From NCBI GenBank assembly GCA_934162535.1, contig CAKPJC010000006.1:12148-76147 (forward strand): DNA of 64,000 nucleotides. The letters are read 5' to 3'. Of this stretch, positions 1-9,800 are shown piece after piece. The translations under genes were made by a program, and so were the position numbers. A model generated the notes under the pieces. That model did no database searches. It saw nothing but the letters and a program-made list of their open reading frames with translations, and had not been told where the DNA came from. Position 1 is the stretch's first letter; each line of letters starts with the position of its first letter. Source of the DNA: an uncultured Clostridia bacterium. GTDB lineage: Bacteria > Bacillota > Clostridia > TANB77 > CAG-508.

Positions 1-398
1 AGTGTTAATTCTGCTTCTGGTATTTGAATCCAGTTATATGCTATTGTGTGTGCACCAAAGAATAATAGCATTGTTCCTACTGCACCTATTATTCCAAATG
101 TTGATAATGCTACTTTGAATATTCTATTTGCCCCTCTGTTGTCTCCTACTGCTAATCTTTCTGATACTAATTTTGATATTGCATTTGGTACTCCTATTGA
201 TGATATTGTTAATAATAGAGCATATATTTGGTAACCACTCACATATATAGCATTACCTGCATCTCCAAATCCATCTCTATTTGTTAAATACAATGTGTAA
301 ATTAGTCCTAATATTTTTATTAGTATTTGTGAAAACATTATTGTTATTACACCTTGCATGAATGTTTCTTTTTTTATTGTCTTTTTTAGTTCTGGCAT
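1..398 (-). CDS. MOP-superfamily flippase (SpoVB/MurJ-like polysaccharide biosynthesis protein), N-terminal part; gene runs off the window start
   Basis: My own minus-strand translation from the ATG at 396-398 (RBS GGAGG at 403-407) gives MPELKKTIKKETFMQGVITIMFSQILIKILGLIYTLYLTNRDGFGDAGNAIYVSGYQIYALLLTISSIGVPNAISKLVSERLA... This is a typical SpoVB/MurJ-type N-terminus. It is absent from the ORF track because the window edge truncates it. Confidence 0.55.
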   Translation of the reverse strand, partial: MPELKKTIKKETFMQGVITIMFSQILIKILGLIYTLYLTNRDGFGDAGNAIYVSGYQIYALLLTISSIGVPNAISKLVSERLAVGDNRGANRIFKVALSTFGIIGAVGTMLLFFGAHTIAYNWIQIPEAELT

Positions 399-491
399 GA
401 TTCCTCCTTTGTTTTATAATTTCATATTACTATTCTACTTCCATATTATAGATATAATTACAAAAAATATCAAGAAGTTTTGCTAAATTTA

Positions 492-520
492 TTGACAAAT
501 CCTCATTTTTGTAATAAAAT
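492..520 (+). promoter_or_regulatory. sigma-A-type promoter of rplM-rpsI
   Basis: TTGACA (492-497), 17-nt spacer, TAAAAT (515-520), about 110 nt upstream of the rplM ATG. Confidence 0.5.
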
Positions 521-628
521 TGTTTAGTATTATGTTAAAATATGATTTGAATATGAAACTTCTCCCCGGTAGTTTTAGATTTGAATTTCATATATAAATT
601 TAATTTAAAATAGGAGGATGACATTACC
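521..628 (+). promoter_or_regulatory. candidate structured 5' leader of rplM (possible L13-type ribosomal protein leader)
   Basis: An untranslated leader of about 100 nt lies between the promoter and the RBS. It contains the hairpin ATATGAAA...TTTCATAT around a C/G-rich loop (ctccccgg). Firmicutes are known to have an L13 autoregulatory leader. I cannot verify the fold here. Confidence 0.25.
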
Positions 629-1063
629 ATGAACAATGTTACATATAGTGTAAAAAAAGCTGAAATTGAAAGAAAATGGTATATAATCGATGCAGCAGAC
701 AAACCATTAGGTAGAGTTGCTACAGAAGCTGCAAGATTATTAAGAGGAAAACACAAAACAACTTTCACACCAAATCTTGATTTAGGTGATAATGTTATTA
801 TCATCAATTGTAAAGATGTTGTTTTAACAGGAAACAAAATGAATGACAAAGTTTACAGACATCATTCAGGTTATATTGGAGGAATGAAAGAAGTTCCTGC
901 AAATGTAATGCTTGAAAAAAATCCAGAAAAAGCTATGACATTAGCTGTTAAAGGTATGTTACCACACAATTCTTTAGGTAGAAAAATGGCAACAAAATTA
1001 AGAGTATTCGCTGGTAGCGAACATAATCTTCAAGCACAAAAACCAGAAATATGGAATTTTTAA
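629..1063 (+). CDS. rplM: 50S ribosomal protein L13
   Basis: 144 aa. WYIIDAADKPLGRVATEAARLLRGKHK... is the canonical L13 N-terminus. RBS aggagg lies upstream and rpsI follows. Confidence 0.97.
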   Translation: MNNVTYSVKKAEIERKWYIIDAADKPLGRVATEAARLLRGKHKTTFTPNLDLGDNVIIINCKDVVLTGNKMNDKVYRHHSGYIGGMKEVPANVMLEKNPEKAMTLAVKGMLPHNSLGRKMATKLRVFAGSEHNLQAQKPEIWNF

Positions 1064-1080
1064 TTAAGGAGGAACTATAA

Positions 1081-1482
1081 ATGGCTAAGTCAAATAAAAT
1101 AGTATATTTGGGTACAGGTAGAAGAAAAAGCTCAATTGCTAGAGTTAGATTATCTGAAGGAACAGGAAAAATAACTATAAATGGAAAAGATATTGAAGAA
1201 TTTTTCGATTTAGAAACATTAAAAGTTATAGTTAGACAACCATTAACATTAACAAATACATTATCAAAATATGATGTTATTTGTTCAGTACATGGTGGAG
1301 GTGTTTCTGGTCAAGCTGGAGCTATCAGACATGGTATAGCTAGAGCATTAAATGAGGCTAATACTGAATACAGACCAACTCTAAAATCTAACGGATTCTT
1401 AACAAGAGATCCACGTATGAAAGAAAGAAAAAAATACGGTCTTAAAAAAGCTAGAAAAGCACCACAATTCTCAAAGAGATAA
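1081..1482 (+). CDS. rpsI: 30S ribosomal protein S9
   Basis: 133 aa. It has [14 protein letters not shown] and a C-terminal ...[12 protein letters not shown], and sits in the conserved rplM-rpsI pair. Confidence 0.97.
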   Translation: MAKSNKIVYLGTGRRKSSIARVRLSEGTGKITINGKDIEEFFDLETLKVIVRQPLTLTNTLSKYDVICSVHGGGVSGQAGAIRHGIARALNEANTEYRPTLKSNGFLTRDPRMKERKKYGLKKARKAPQFSKR

Positions 1483-1493
1483 AAATATCAAAA

Positions 1494-1520
1494 CTCGGAA
1501 ATAAAATTTCCGAGTTTTTT
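1494..1520 (+). terminator. rho-independent terminator of rplM-rpsI
   Basis: CTCGGAA-ataaaat-TTCCGAG followed by TTTTTT. Confidence 0.8.
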
Positions 1521-1541
1521 GTTGTAAAATATTTCATTACT

Positions 1542-3254
1542 TTATAATTTTAACGGAAGCCTCCTCCGGCCACCTCCTCCACCGAATGAGCCACCTCCTC
1601 CGCCACCAGAAGAGAATCCTCCACCTCCTGATGAGTAGTTTCTTGCTGCACTTTCTGCTGACCTTGCTGCAGATATACCTTTATTACTACAATAATTAAT
1701 CCACATAACATCGCTATATGACATATAATGAGTTTGTTCAATTACTTCTGGATATAAATCTTCAAATTCTTTCGTAACCTCTTTAGCTATACCTAACAAT
1801 TGAGCATATATTAAATAATCTTCTAAAAGTACAACTTCTATGGCTAATTTTTCCTGTATCATTGTATACTCTAATAAGAAATTTTTTAAGTTCTTTATAT
1901 TTTCAGCCTGCATAGTTAATTCTTCAGCTGGCTCTAATTTTGTTTTAAATGTTTTTTTAGTTTCTGTTATCATTCCTTCTTTTTTTAATATTTCTTCTTG
2001 TTCATCTATTACTTTATCAAACCATTTTAATATCTTTGAATAGTTATCCTTACACCATTTTTTCAATTCATTTTTTTCTAATACTCCATCTTTACTAGCA
2101 ATATATATCATTTTATATAAGTCTCTTTCTAATGAATTTTGTATTTCACTTTCTACAATATTCAATTTTATTGCAAACTCTTCTTTAGTTCCAAGCAAAG
2201 TATTTTTTTCTATTTTTTTAATTTCAGCTTTTTCTTCTTTTATCCATTTTAATATTAAAGCTCCTAATAAATCTGTTTTATTTTTTATTATTCCATATGT
2301 ATATCCTATATAATATGCTCTAAATATATTACCATTTAATGGAATATCTCTATAATAACCTTTTTGTTTTGACAATTTCTTTTTAAATTGTCCTTTTTTT
2401 ACCTTCATTGAACTTCCTACTACTATAATTAATACAATCATTGGAAGAAATTCTTCTATTATATTTAATATATTTACTATCGTCTTTCCTATAGAAGTTT
2501 TTTTAGTTTTGGTATTTTCTTTATATTTAGTAGTTCCTTCTTCAGCCATAGTATAATAGTGATTAAAATTATAATTAATTTTATTTGAACAGTTAAATGT
2601 TCCTTCTGGAAATTTTGCAAGTATAGTCATATATTCACTTGTACTTAAACTTCCATTAGACTCCATATGTATTGTTCCATTGCTTACATAGCAAAGTCCT
2701 CCGTAATTTCCATATCCCCATACATCTATATTGTTTGGTATAGCTTTATCCGTATATATTTTTATTTTAGCTTTTCCTATTGAATTAGAAAATTCATATG
2801 GTATTAATGTCCAATAAATCATTTGTGAATCTTGTAATTCTGAAACAAAGTTTGATATTGTATATTTTGCAACATATACATGTGTTCCATAAGTACTTAT
2901 TCCCCAACATAGTTCCACTCCATTTGATATTTTATTTATTCCACATTTATAAGCTTTACTTGATAAACTCCCTGATGTGTTCCAGCTATCTAATGTTGAA
3001 TATTTTGTATTTCCTTCTAAAACTGTTAAATTATTTATTTTAGATTTACCTAAATTATAATATGGATGATAAACTTCAGTTCCTTTATCTGTCTTACATT
3101 TCCAAATTTCAGTAACAGTAGCATCTCCATTTTGATTTACATATATATCCATATTTATTTCACTTATGGTATTTGCATGTACAACATTGGTTATTCCTAA
3201 TCCCACTAATATTACTACTAGCATTATAAAAATTTTTAAATATTTATTTTTCAT
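1542..3254 (-). CDS. DUF2207-type membrane protein
   Basis: 570 aa with an N-terminal signal/TM, a central TM segment, and the characteristic Gly-rich C-terminal tail SSGGGGFSSGGGGGGSFGGGGG. Confidence 0.7.
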   Translation of the reverse strand: MKNKYLKIFIMLVVILVGLGITNVVHANTISEINMDIYVNQNGDATVTEIWKCKTDKGTEVYHPYYNLGKSKINNLTVLEGNTKYSTLDSWNTSGSLSSKAYKCGINKISNGVELCWGISTYGTHVYVAKYTISNFVSELQDSQMIYWTLIPYEFSNSIGKAKIKIYTDKAIPNNIDVWGYGNYGGLCYVSNGTIHMESNGSLSTSEYMTILAKFPEGTFNCSNKINYNFNHYYTMAEEGTTKYKENTKTKKTSIGKTIVNILNIIEEFLPMIVLIIVVGSSMKVKKGQFKKKLSKQKGYYRDIPLNGNIFRAYYIGYTYGIIKNKTDLLGALILKWIKEEKAEIKKIEKNTLLGTKEEFAIKLNIVESEIQNSLERDLYKMIYIASKDGVLEKNELKKWCKDNYSKILKWFDKVIDEQEEILKKEGMITETKKTFKTKLEPAEELTMQAENIKNLKNFLLEYTMIQEKLAIEVVLLEDYLIYAQLLGIAKEVTKEFEDLYPEVIEQTHYMSYSDVMWINYCSNKGISAARSAESAARNYSSGGGGFSSGGGGGGSFGGGGGRRRLPLKL

Positions 3255-3351
3255 TTTTTACCCTTTTTATTTTTTTATTAAATTTTATTATATATTTTAT
3301 TGTTTCTAACAGTTTAGTAGACAAGTGCTTCACAACACAAGCCCCTATACA

Positions 3352-3384
<33 letters not shown>

Positions 3385-3404
3385 CTCGTAATAACATTCA
3401 CTTT

Positions 3405-4283
3405 TTAATCAAATAAGCTAAAATATATCTTTGGGTATGGTAGCCTGTAATATTTTAGCATTTCATTGAACCCTGCCCAGTTGTAGCTTTTTCTATTACT
3501 TCTTCTATTTAATACTTTAAATAGATATTCTATTGTTCTATGTCTGAAAGTTCCTATCATTGTGCTATTATGCGATATGCCATAGTATCGATAATGTCCT
3601 AAAAGCTTTATTCTTAGCTTTTCCATTAACTCTCTAACTTTTATATCTCTATTTTCATATAGCCATACTTTCATTGCTTTTACTTTCTGTTTAAATTTCT
3701 TCTTACTTGTTTTCACTTTGATACAAGGCTTTCCTTGTCTTGTCTTACTGCAATAGAATGTAAATCCTAGAAAATCAAATGTTTCTGGTTTGCCTTCTCC
3801 TAGTTGTTTTCTGCTTTGCTCTGCATATTTCCCAAATTTAATAATTTTACTTTTGCTACTTTCTAACTCTAAACCAAATTTACTCATTCTTTCTTTTAAT
3901 GCTTCATAATATGCTTCTGCTTCTTTTTGATATTGAAAACCTGCAATAAAATCATCTGCATATACTACTAAAAATGTATTCCCTTCTGCTCTCTTCTCTA
4001 TTATTTCTTTATACCATAATACTAATACAAAGTGCATATAGATATTTGCTAATACCGGACTTATGATATTTCCTTGTGCTGAGCCTTCTTCTGTTGCTAC
4101 ATATTGCCCTTTGTCCATTATTCCTGCTTTTAAATATTTCTTGATTAGTCCAATAATGTTAGGGTCTTTAATGTTATATTCTATGAACTTTATCATCCAG
4201 TCGTGGTCTATATGGTCGAAGAACCCCTTTATATCTGCATCTACAATGTAGTTTATTCTTGTGTTTGATATACTTTTATGCAC
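3405..4283 (-). pseudogene. group II intron reverse transcriptase/maturase, N-terminally truncated (RT blocks 0-1 missing)
   Basis: Begins at VDADIKGFFDHIDH (RT block 2), then SAQGNIISPVLANIYM, VVYADDF (active site) and the maturase X motif LLGHYRYYG. The track start is a GTG. No upstream RT sequence exists. Confidence 0.85.
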
Positions 4284-4387
4284 ATATTTTATTGCTTTAT
4301 GACAGCATTATTTTTGGCATAATTAGCTTTGTATTTATCAATACAACAAATCGTTATTTAAATAACTTGTAAGTTGTCGCTGAGTTG

Positions 4388-4894
4388 TTATTTATTATAT
4401 TCAACACACTTTTTTTCTAATAGTTTAAAATTGCAACATCTTACTTTTATATTTTCTGGTAATTTTCCATTACTATATAATTGATATAATTTGAAAGATT
4501 TATTTTTTACTTGCTTATAGTTCGCATTTAACCAATCTAATTGTTCTCTTAATAATTTTTGATATTTTAATTCTGCAATAGTTAAAGTTTCTTTGTTTAA
4601 ATCTACTAAAGAGTAATTATTTTCACTTACTGGTATCATATTATTAAAATTAACAGCTCCTAATTCGCCATCTTTAATTTTGAAAAAGTCTAAAGTATTT
4701 TTCATATTTTTGTGTTTAAGCTTTGGACTTGATAATGGTGCAAAATACTTACAAGTATCTATTTGAAATAATATTCCTATAAAAGGTCTTAATTCTTTCT
4801 CATTTTTATTATAAGCCACCTTATTATCAAATTTTCTTAAATAATCACAATAATCTGAATTAACTCTAACAATTTTTAAATTTATAATCATCAC
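4388..4894 (-). CDS. toxN: type III toxin-antitoxin system toxin, ToxN/AbiQ family endoribonuclease
   Basis: 168 aa. The blocks YLRKFDNKV, FIGILFQIDTCKYFAPLSSPKLKH, NNMIPV, YQKLLREQLDWLNANYKQVKNKS and CNFKLLEKKC align by eye with ToxN/AbiQ. It is preceded by RNA repeats and a terminator. Confidence 0.85.
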   Translation of the reverse strand: MMIINLKIVRVNSDYCDYLRKFDNKVAYNKNEKELRPFIGILFQIDTCKYFAPLSSPKLKHKNMKNTLDFFKIKDGELGAVNFNNMIPVSENNYSLVDLNKETLTIAELKYQKLLREQLDWLNANYKQVKNKSFKLYQLYSNGKLPENIKVRCCNFKLLEKKCVEYNK

Positions 4895-4950
4895 AAATTA
4901 CCTCCTTAGCATTTCAATTATATATTAAAATTTATAAAAATGCAATAATG

Positions 4951-4979
4951 CAAAAGGATTAGAGTTTGACCTCTAATCC
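4951..4979 (-). terminator. internal (attenuating) terminator between the antitoxin repeats and toxN
   Basis: Minus strand: GGATTAGAG-GTCAAA-CTCTAATCC-TTTT. Its position matches the terminator that sets the RNA:toxin ratio in known type III TA loci. Confidence 0.7.
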
Positions 4980-4984
4980 CCCTT

Positions 4985-5096
4985 TTTTAAGTTCCAATTT
5001 AATGGCTGGAAACACCGCTTTTTCAAATTCCAATTTATGGCTGGATTCACCGCTTTTTTAAGTTCCAATTTAATGGCTGGATTCACCAACTTTTTT
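4985..5096 (-). ncRNA. ToxI/antiQ-like antitoxin RNA: 3.2 head-to-tail repeats of 35-37 nt
   Basis: Minus-strand units are AAAAAAGTTGGTGAATCCAGCCATTAAATTGGAACTT (5096-5060), AAAAAAGCGGTGAATCCAGCCATAAATTGGAATTTG (5059-5024) and AAAAAGCGGTGTTTCCAGCCATTAAATTGGAACTT (5023-4989), plus a partial AAAAAAG. The units are contiguous with no spacers. Confidence 0.75.
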
Positions 5097-5156
5097 GCTA
5101 TTTCTAGCAATAATATTATATGCAATTTATATAAATTTATTGCCTTCTGTATTTTA

Positions 5157-5185
5157 AATATACCATATTTTTTAGCAATAATCAA
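5157..5185 (-). promoter_or_regulatory. promoter of the toxIN module
   Basis: Minus strand: TTGATT (5185-5180), 17 nt, TATATT (5162-5157), about 55 nt upstream of the first repeat. Confidence 0.5.
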
Positions 5186-5202
5186 TATTTTTCGAAAAAT
5201 TT

Positions 5203-5715
5203 TCAGTTTACATATTTTCTATGTGAATTTTTTACATTATTTTGATTAACCATTGCATATTCCATTGTAGTATCTATTTTTAAATGCCCTAATAATTTTT
5301 GTACTTGTTCTATAGGCATACCTTTATCAATAGCCATAGTAGCCATTGTTCTTCTAAATTTATGTGGGTGTACTTTGTTTATATTTGCTTTTCTTCCTAA
5401 ATTTCTAATAGTAATTTCAATTCCTGATATTCCTAATCTATTATAAGGTTTTATAAGAGATACAAATAATGCTTCATTATCATCTGTTCTAGTTTCCAAA
5501 TATTTTTCTATATACATTTTGCTCTTTGCACTAAAATAAACTTCTCTTTCACTGTTTCCTTTACCCAAAGCAATACAGCTTCTTTCTTGAAAATTCATAT
5601 CGGATAAATTTAATCTTGTAAGTTCTCCTACTCGAATACCTGTTGAAATTAATAGTTCTAATATTGCTAAATCTCTTACATTTGAGCAAGTATCTCTCAA
5701 TTTTTCTAGATTTTC
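5203..5715 (-). pseudogene. tyrosine recombinase (phage-integrase family) catalytic-domain fragment lacking the N-terminal core-binding domain
   Basis: Carries TGIRVGEL (Arg), HPHKFRRT (His-x-x-Arg) and LGHLKIDTTMEYA (His...Tyr). The first 24 or so codons of the tracked ORF (5716-5787, TTG start) are actually group II intron 5' sequence. Confidence 0.7.
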
Positions 5716-5785
5716 AGTGGTTTGGTTAGACCTTAGCCAGACGGGATTTCCACCCGTTAGATTACTTACCCTTTGCTGGGCGCAC
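5716..5785 (-). mobile_element. group II intron 5' end stub (start of domain I)
   Basis: The minus strand from 5785 reads GTGCGCCCAGCAAAGGGTAAGTAATCTAACGGGTGGAAATCCCGTCTGGCTAAGG... It has the GUGCG 5' consensus (compare GTGCGCCCAGATAGGGTG of Ll.LtrB) and is a G+C-rich patch in an AT-rich context. The inner boundary is approximate. Confidence 0.55.
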
Positions 5786-5820
5786 AATTACTATTTATTT
5801 ATTATAACTTTATATTTTTC

Positions 5821-5850
5821 TTGACTTTTTAACTTTAAATAGCTTATAAT
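5821..5850 (+). promoter_or_regulatory. orphan sigma-A-type promoter
   Basis: TTGACT (5821-5826), 18 nt, TATAAT (5845-5850). No plus-strand gene lies downstream. Confidence 0.45.
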
Positions 5851-5856
5851 AAATAT

Positions 5857-5947
5857 AGGAAATGACAAATCCACAAACGTGGTTTTGCCAAAATAGATAT
5901 AAAAACTCACACCTAACTCGCCAAAGTTACAGATGTGAGCTTTTTTT
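5857..5947 (+). ncRNA. candidate small RNA (about 90 nt, promoter to terminator)
   Basis: Lies between the orphan promoter and the hairpin CTCACA..TAAC/GTTA..TGTGAG plus TTTTTTT (5906-5947). It has an internal hairpin CCAC-aaac-GTGG. Only a 31-codon ORF with a poorly spaced RBS reads through the terminator. Confidence 0.3.
5901..5947. terminator. bidirectional terminator (polysaccharide deacetylase gene on minus; candidate sRNA on plus)
   Basis: A hairpin flanked by AAAAA on the left and TTTTTTT on the right. Confidence 0.6.
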
Positions 5948-6028
5948 ATTTATGTAGTTGCTTGTCAACCCAGTTCTTATACAGACCTGCTGTCAAGACA
6001 ACGCTTAATATTAAATAATAGTTCTTCA

Positions 6029-6859
6029 TTAATTATATCTAACTGCTCTATATAATATCTTTATAATCATCTTAGATGGTGAATCACTTAATGGATAGCA
6101 TCTATGTAATCCACTCAATTCAAGACTTTTGCTTTTATTTATTCTATTATCTGTTAAATTTTCGATATATCCATTTTGTTCAATATTTTTTCTCTGTTCG
6201 TCAGTATATAAGCCATATGGATATGTAAATATTTTTAATTTTTGTATACCAAGATTTTCTTCTATTACTCTATATGATTCATTTACATTTTCCACTGCTT
6301 CTGATACATCAAGTGATGTAAATTCTGGATGATTTGTGCTATGTGATGCAATTGTCATAAGCCCTGAATCTTGCATTTCTCGTGCTTCTTCCCAATTTAT
6401 TATACCATCTTTCCCCATATTATCTGTTATAATAAACATTGTCATAGGTATATTATATTTCTGAGCTATAGGATAAGCATTTTCATATACTCCTGAATAT
6501 CCATCATCAAAAGTTATTATACATGATTTTTTATATAATTCTTTTTTTCCTTCACTATATTCTTTTAAATCTTCATAACTAATAAAATGGTATCCAAAAT
6601 TTTGAAGTCCCTTTATTTGATTTTCAAATGTTTCCTTTGTTGTTTGCATATAGTCATATTCTATTTCAGATGATTCTTTTACTATATTATGATATACAAA
6701 TATAGGTATTTTTAAGTTTTTATCATCAATCTTGTATTGATTATTTATTGTTGCTCTATCATATATTATAACAGATAATACGCCAACAATTATTATTCCT
6801 ATTACTATTAGCACTATATTGCGTACAATGTGTTTCTTTTTTAATTTGTTCTCTTCCAT
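6029..6859 (-). CDS. polysaccharide deacetylase (NodB homology domain) with N-terminal membrane anchor
   Basis: 276 aa with an N-terminal TM, ITFDDGY, and HSTNHPEF-type motifs. Confidence 0.85.
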   Translation of the reverse strand: MEENKLKKKHIVRNIVLIVIGIIIVGVLSVIIYDRATINNQYKIDDKNLKIPIFVYHNIVKESSEIEYDYMQTTKETFENQIKGLQNFGYHFISYEDLKEYSEGKKELYKKSCIITFDDGYSGVYENAYPIAQKYNIPMTMFIITDNMGKDGIINWEEAREMQDSGLMTIASHSTNHPEFTSLDVSEAVENVNESYRVIEENLGIQKLKIFTYPYGLYTDEQRKNIEQNGYIENLTDNRINKSKSLELSGLHRCYPLSDSPSKMIIKILYRAVRYN

Positions 6860-6871
6860 CTTTCATACTCC

Positions 6872-9800
6872 TTAATTCAATTCTTTTAAAATGATTTCTT
6901 TATCTAAATATGTAGAATAAATATATACTTTGTCTACTTTTCTATTTAGTGCTTGTTCCAAAGTTTGCCTATATAGTTTTAATTGTATTTGATATTTATC
7001 AATTAGCATTTGTTCATCTTTGTTTTCAACATAGTCTGTTTTATAATCTACTAATACTAATTCATCATTTTTATTTATATAATACAAGTCTATTATTCCT
7101 TGTACTAGTAATTTTTCTTCTAGTTCTTTTTCATATATTTCTTTTGCTGGTACATTTATAAAAAATGGTTTTTCTCTTTCAATTTTTTTTGCTTCAATAA
7201 GTTCTTTCCAAATTCCCGATTTTGTAAAGTTATATATTTTCACAATGTTTATCGCATCATATTCCTTATCATTTATTATGTTTTTTTCTTTTAGCTCTAA
7301 AATGTATTTTCTAATATCATCTATTGTGTATTCTTTTTTAGATATTTTTATTCTTTGTAAACAAAGATGTATTAGTGTACCTTTTTCAGCATTTGTGATT
7401 TTTTCTTCATTGCTTACCTGTAAGAAATTTGGCTTTGGTATCTCTACAATTGTTTGTTCTTGCTTGTTTGATTTCATTTGTTTTATTTCTGATACAGATG
7501 TTTTATTTGGAATTGTAGTTGCTATTTCATTTTTATATTTATATTCAAGTAGATTAACTATTTCCTGATATTTTTTCTGGTCTAATTCCTTTTGCTGTAG
7601 CTTTTCTTTTAGTTCTTTTGAATTTGGCATTTCTGTTTTTTCTTCATTTTTATTTTTTATGATTTGAGATTTTTCATATGTTTTTATTTCTGCAAGTTGT
7701 TCCATTTCTTCTGTAGCACTCATATATACAAGTCTTATCCAATCTAAGTATGATATATATTTTTTTAGTATTATATAATTTACCTTTCCATATTTATCTA
7801 TTGCTTCTCTTAGCTCTTTTTCTTTCTCTTTTCTGCTATATCCTGTTATTATTAGTTTTTCTTTTGCTCTTGTTAATGCAACATATAGTATTCTCATTTC
7901 TTCAGAAATTGTTTCTATTTTTATTTTTTCTTTCATTGCTTGTTTTGATAATGTATCATATTCTATTTGTTTATTGTAATCAATATATTTTACTCCAATT
8001 CCTATTTCAGGATGTATCAGAATTTTATTGTTTAAATCTTGCATATTGAATTGTTTTCCTGTTCCTGATATAAATACAACTGGAAATTCAAGCCCTTTGC
8101 TTTTGTGTATACTCATTATTCTTATTACATTTTCATTTTCTCCAATGATTTTTGCTGAGTCCATGTCTTTACTACTGGTTTTTACTTTTTCAATATAATT
8201 TATGAAGTTGAATAGCCCTTTGAAGCTTATTGATTCATATTGTTTCGCTCTTTCAAATAACATTTTTAGGTTTGCTTGTCTTAATTCTCCATTTGTCATT
8301 AAACCAACATAGTCATAATATCCTGTGTCATTGTATATTTTCCATATTAATTCGTCTAAACTTAAATATTCTTGTTCTTTTCTCCACATTTCTAGTTTAT
8401 TTAAAAATACTTCTATTTTTTCTCTTAGTGTTTTATTTACATCTTTTTTTGCTTTTAGTAGTGTATTGTAAAATCCATCATATTTGTCACTTAGTCGTAT
8501 TTGTACTAAGTCATTATCTGTAAATTCTCCAATATTTGACCTCATTACAGCTACAAGTGGTATTTCTTGCAATGGATTGTCTATTATTTTTAATAAACTC
8601 ATTATTGTTTGTATTTCTATGCTTTCCAAATATTCAGATGATGAGTCACTAAATACAGGCATATCTAATTTTAATATTTCTTTTTCAAATACTGGTGCAG
8701 GTTCTTTTGTTGATCTTAGCAATATTACAATGTCTTTGTATTTTATGTCTCTTTTTTCTTGTTTTTTTGCATCATATATTTGGAATTTGTTGTTTATAAG
8801 TTCTTTTATTCTTTGTGCTACAAATCTTGCTTCTAATTCGATGTCTTCTATTCTTTCTGTTTCTTCTATTTCATCATCTTCTTCTGTTTCTTCTGCATAT
8901 TCTATTGTTTCTTTTTCTTCTTCTCCAATATTTAGTATGTCTATTTCTGTTTTTAGGTTTTCATTTGTATTCTCATAGTTTGCTCCTAAATTCAAGTATT
9001 CTTCTTTGGTATAATCTAGTTCTCCTAGTTTTTCTGTCATTATGTTTGTGAATATTTCGTTTGAAAAGTCTAATACTTCTTTTCTACTTCTAAAGTTTTT
9101 GAATAGTTGTATTTTTAGATCATCATTTGGTTGTAGGTCTTCTTTTAGTTTGTATTTTTTGTATTTCCCTAAAAATAAGTCTGGTCTTGCTTGCCTAAAT
9201 CTGTATATGCTTTGTTTTACGTCTCCTACCATAAACATATTGTTACCTCTTGATACAGCCGTTAATATATATTCTTGTACTAGGTTACTGTCTTGGTATT
9301 CATCTATTGCGATTTCTTCAAATTTTTGTTGATATTTTTTTGCAATTTCTGTTGGCTCATTATTTTCTGTTAATAATATTTTTAGTGCAAAATGCTCTAC
9401 ATCATGAAAGTCTACTATGTTTTTTTCTTTTTTTCTTTTTGAAAATTTTTCTTCAAATTCTAATATGATATTTCCTAGTTTTTTTAGTATTTCATACATT
9501 TCATTTATGTCTTCATTTGCTTCTTTTGAGTTTACTATTAGTATTTTGTCTGTTATCTTTTTGTATTCTGATTTTACTCCATCTCTTATTTGTTTTGCTA
9601 TTTCTTTTTCTTCTATTACTATTCTTTTGTTTGCAGTCCATGTTTTAAAATTTATGTTTCTTACTATTTCAAAGGCTTTGTCCCATTTGTCTAAATTGCA
9701 TTTTAACATTTCTATTTGTTCTATATCATCATTTATTATTTGATAGTATTTTGTTAGTTCTTCATATTTGGCTAATTGTTGTTTTTCTTTTGATAGTTTT

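Noticed and set aside
535-849. 104-aa minus-strand ORF overlapping the rplM leader and gene.
   Set aside because: It is antisense to a certain ribosomal protein gene and its promoter, and has no supporting signals.
3405-4283. Reverse transcriptase as a retron, DGR or Abi-type defence RT.
   Set aside because: A maturase X motif and a canonical group II intron domain V/VI lie directly downstream. There are no template/variable repeats or msr/msd-like structure. It is an intron RT remnant.
4973-5249. Two 70-aa ORFs (4973-5185 minus, 5037-5249 plus) with internally repeated peptides, and the possibility that the 36-nt repeats form a CRISPR array.
   Set aside because: The repetitive peptides are just translations of the tandem ToxI-like RNA repeats. 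The repeats are contiguous with no spacers, are followed by a terminator and a ToxN gene, and no cas genes are present. They are therefore neither coding nor CRISPR.
5203-5787. Intact 194-aa tyrosine integrase starting at 5787.
   Set aside because: The first 24 or so codons (TTG start) are the GUGCG... 5' end of a group II intron read as protein. The N-terminal core-binding domain is missing. I treat it as a chimeric pseudogene.
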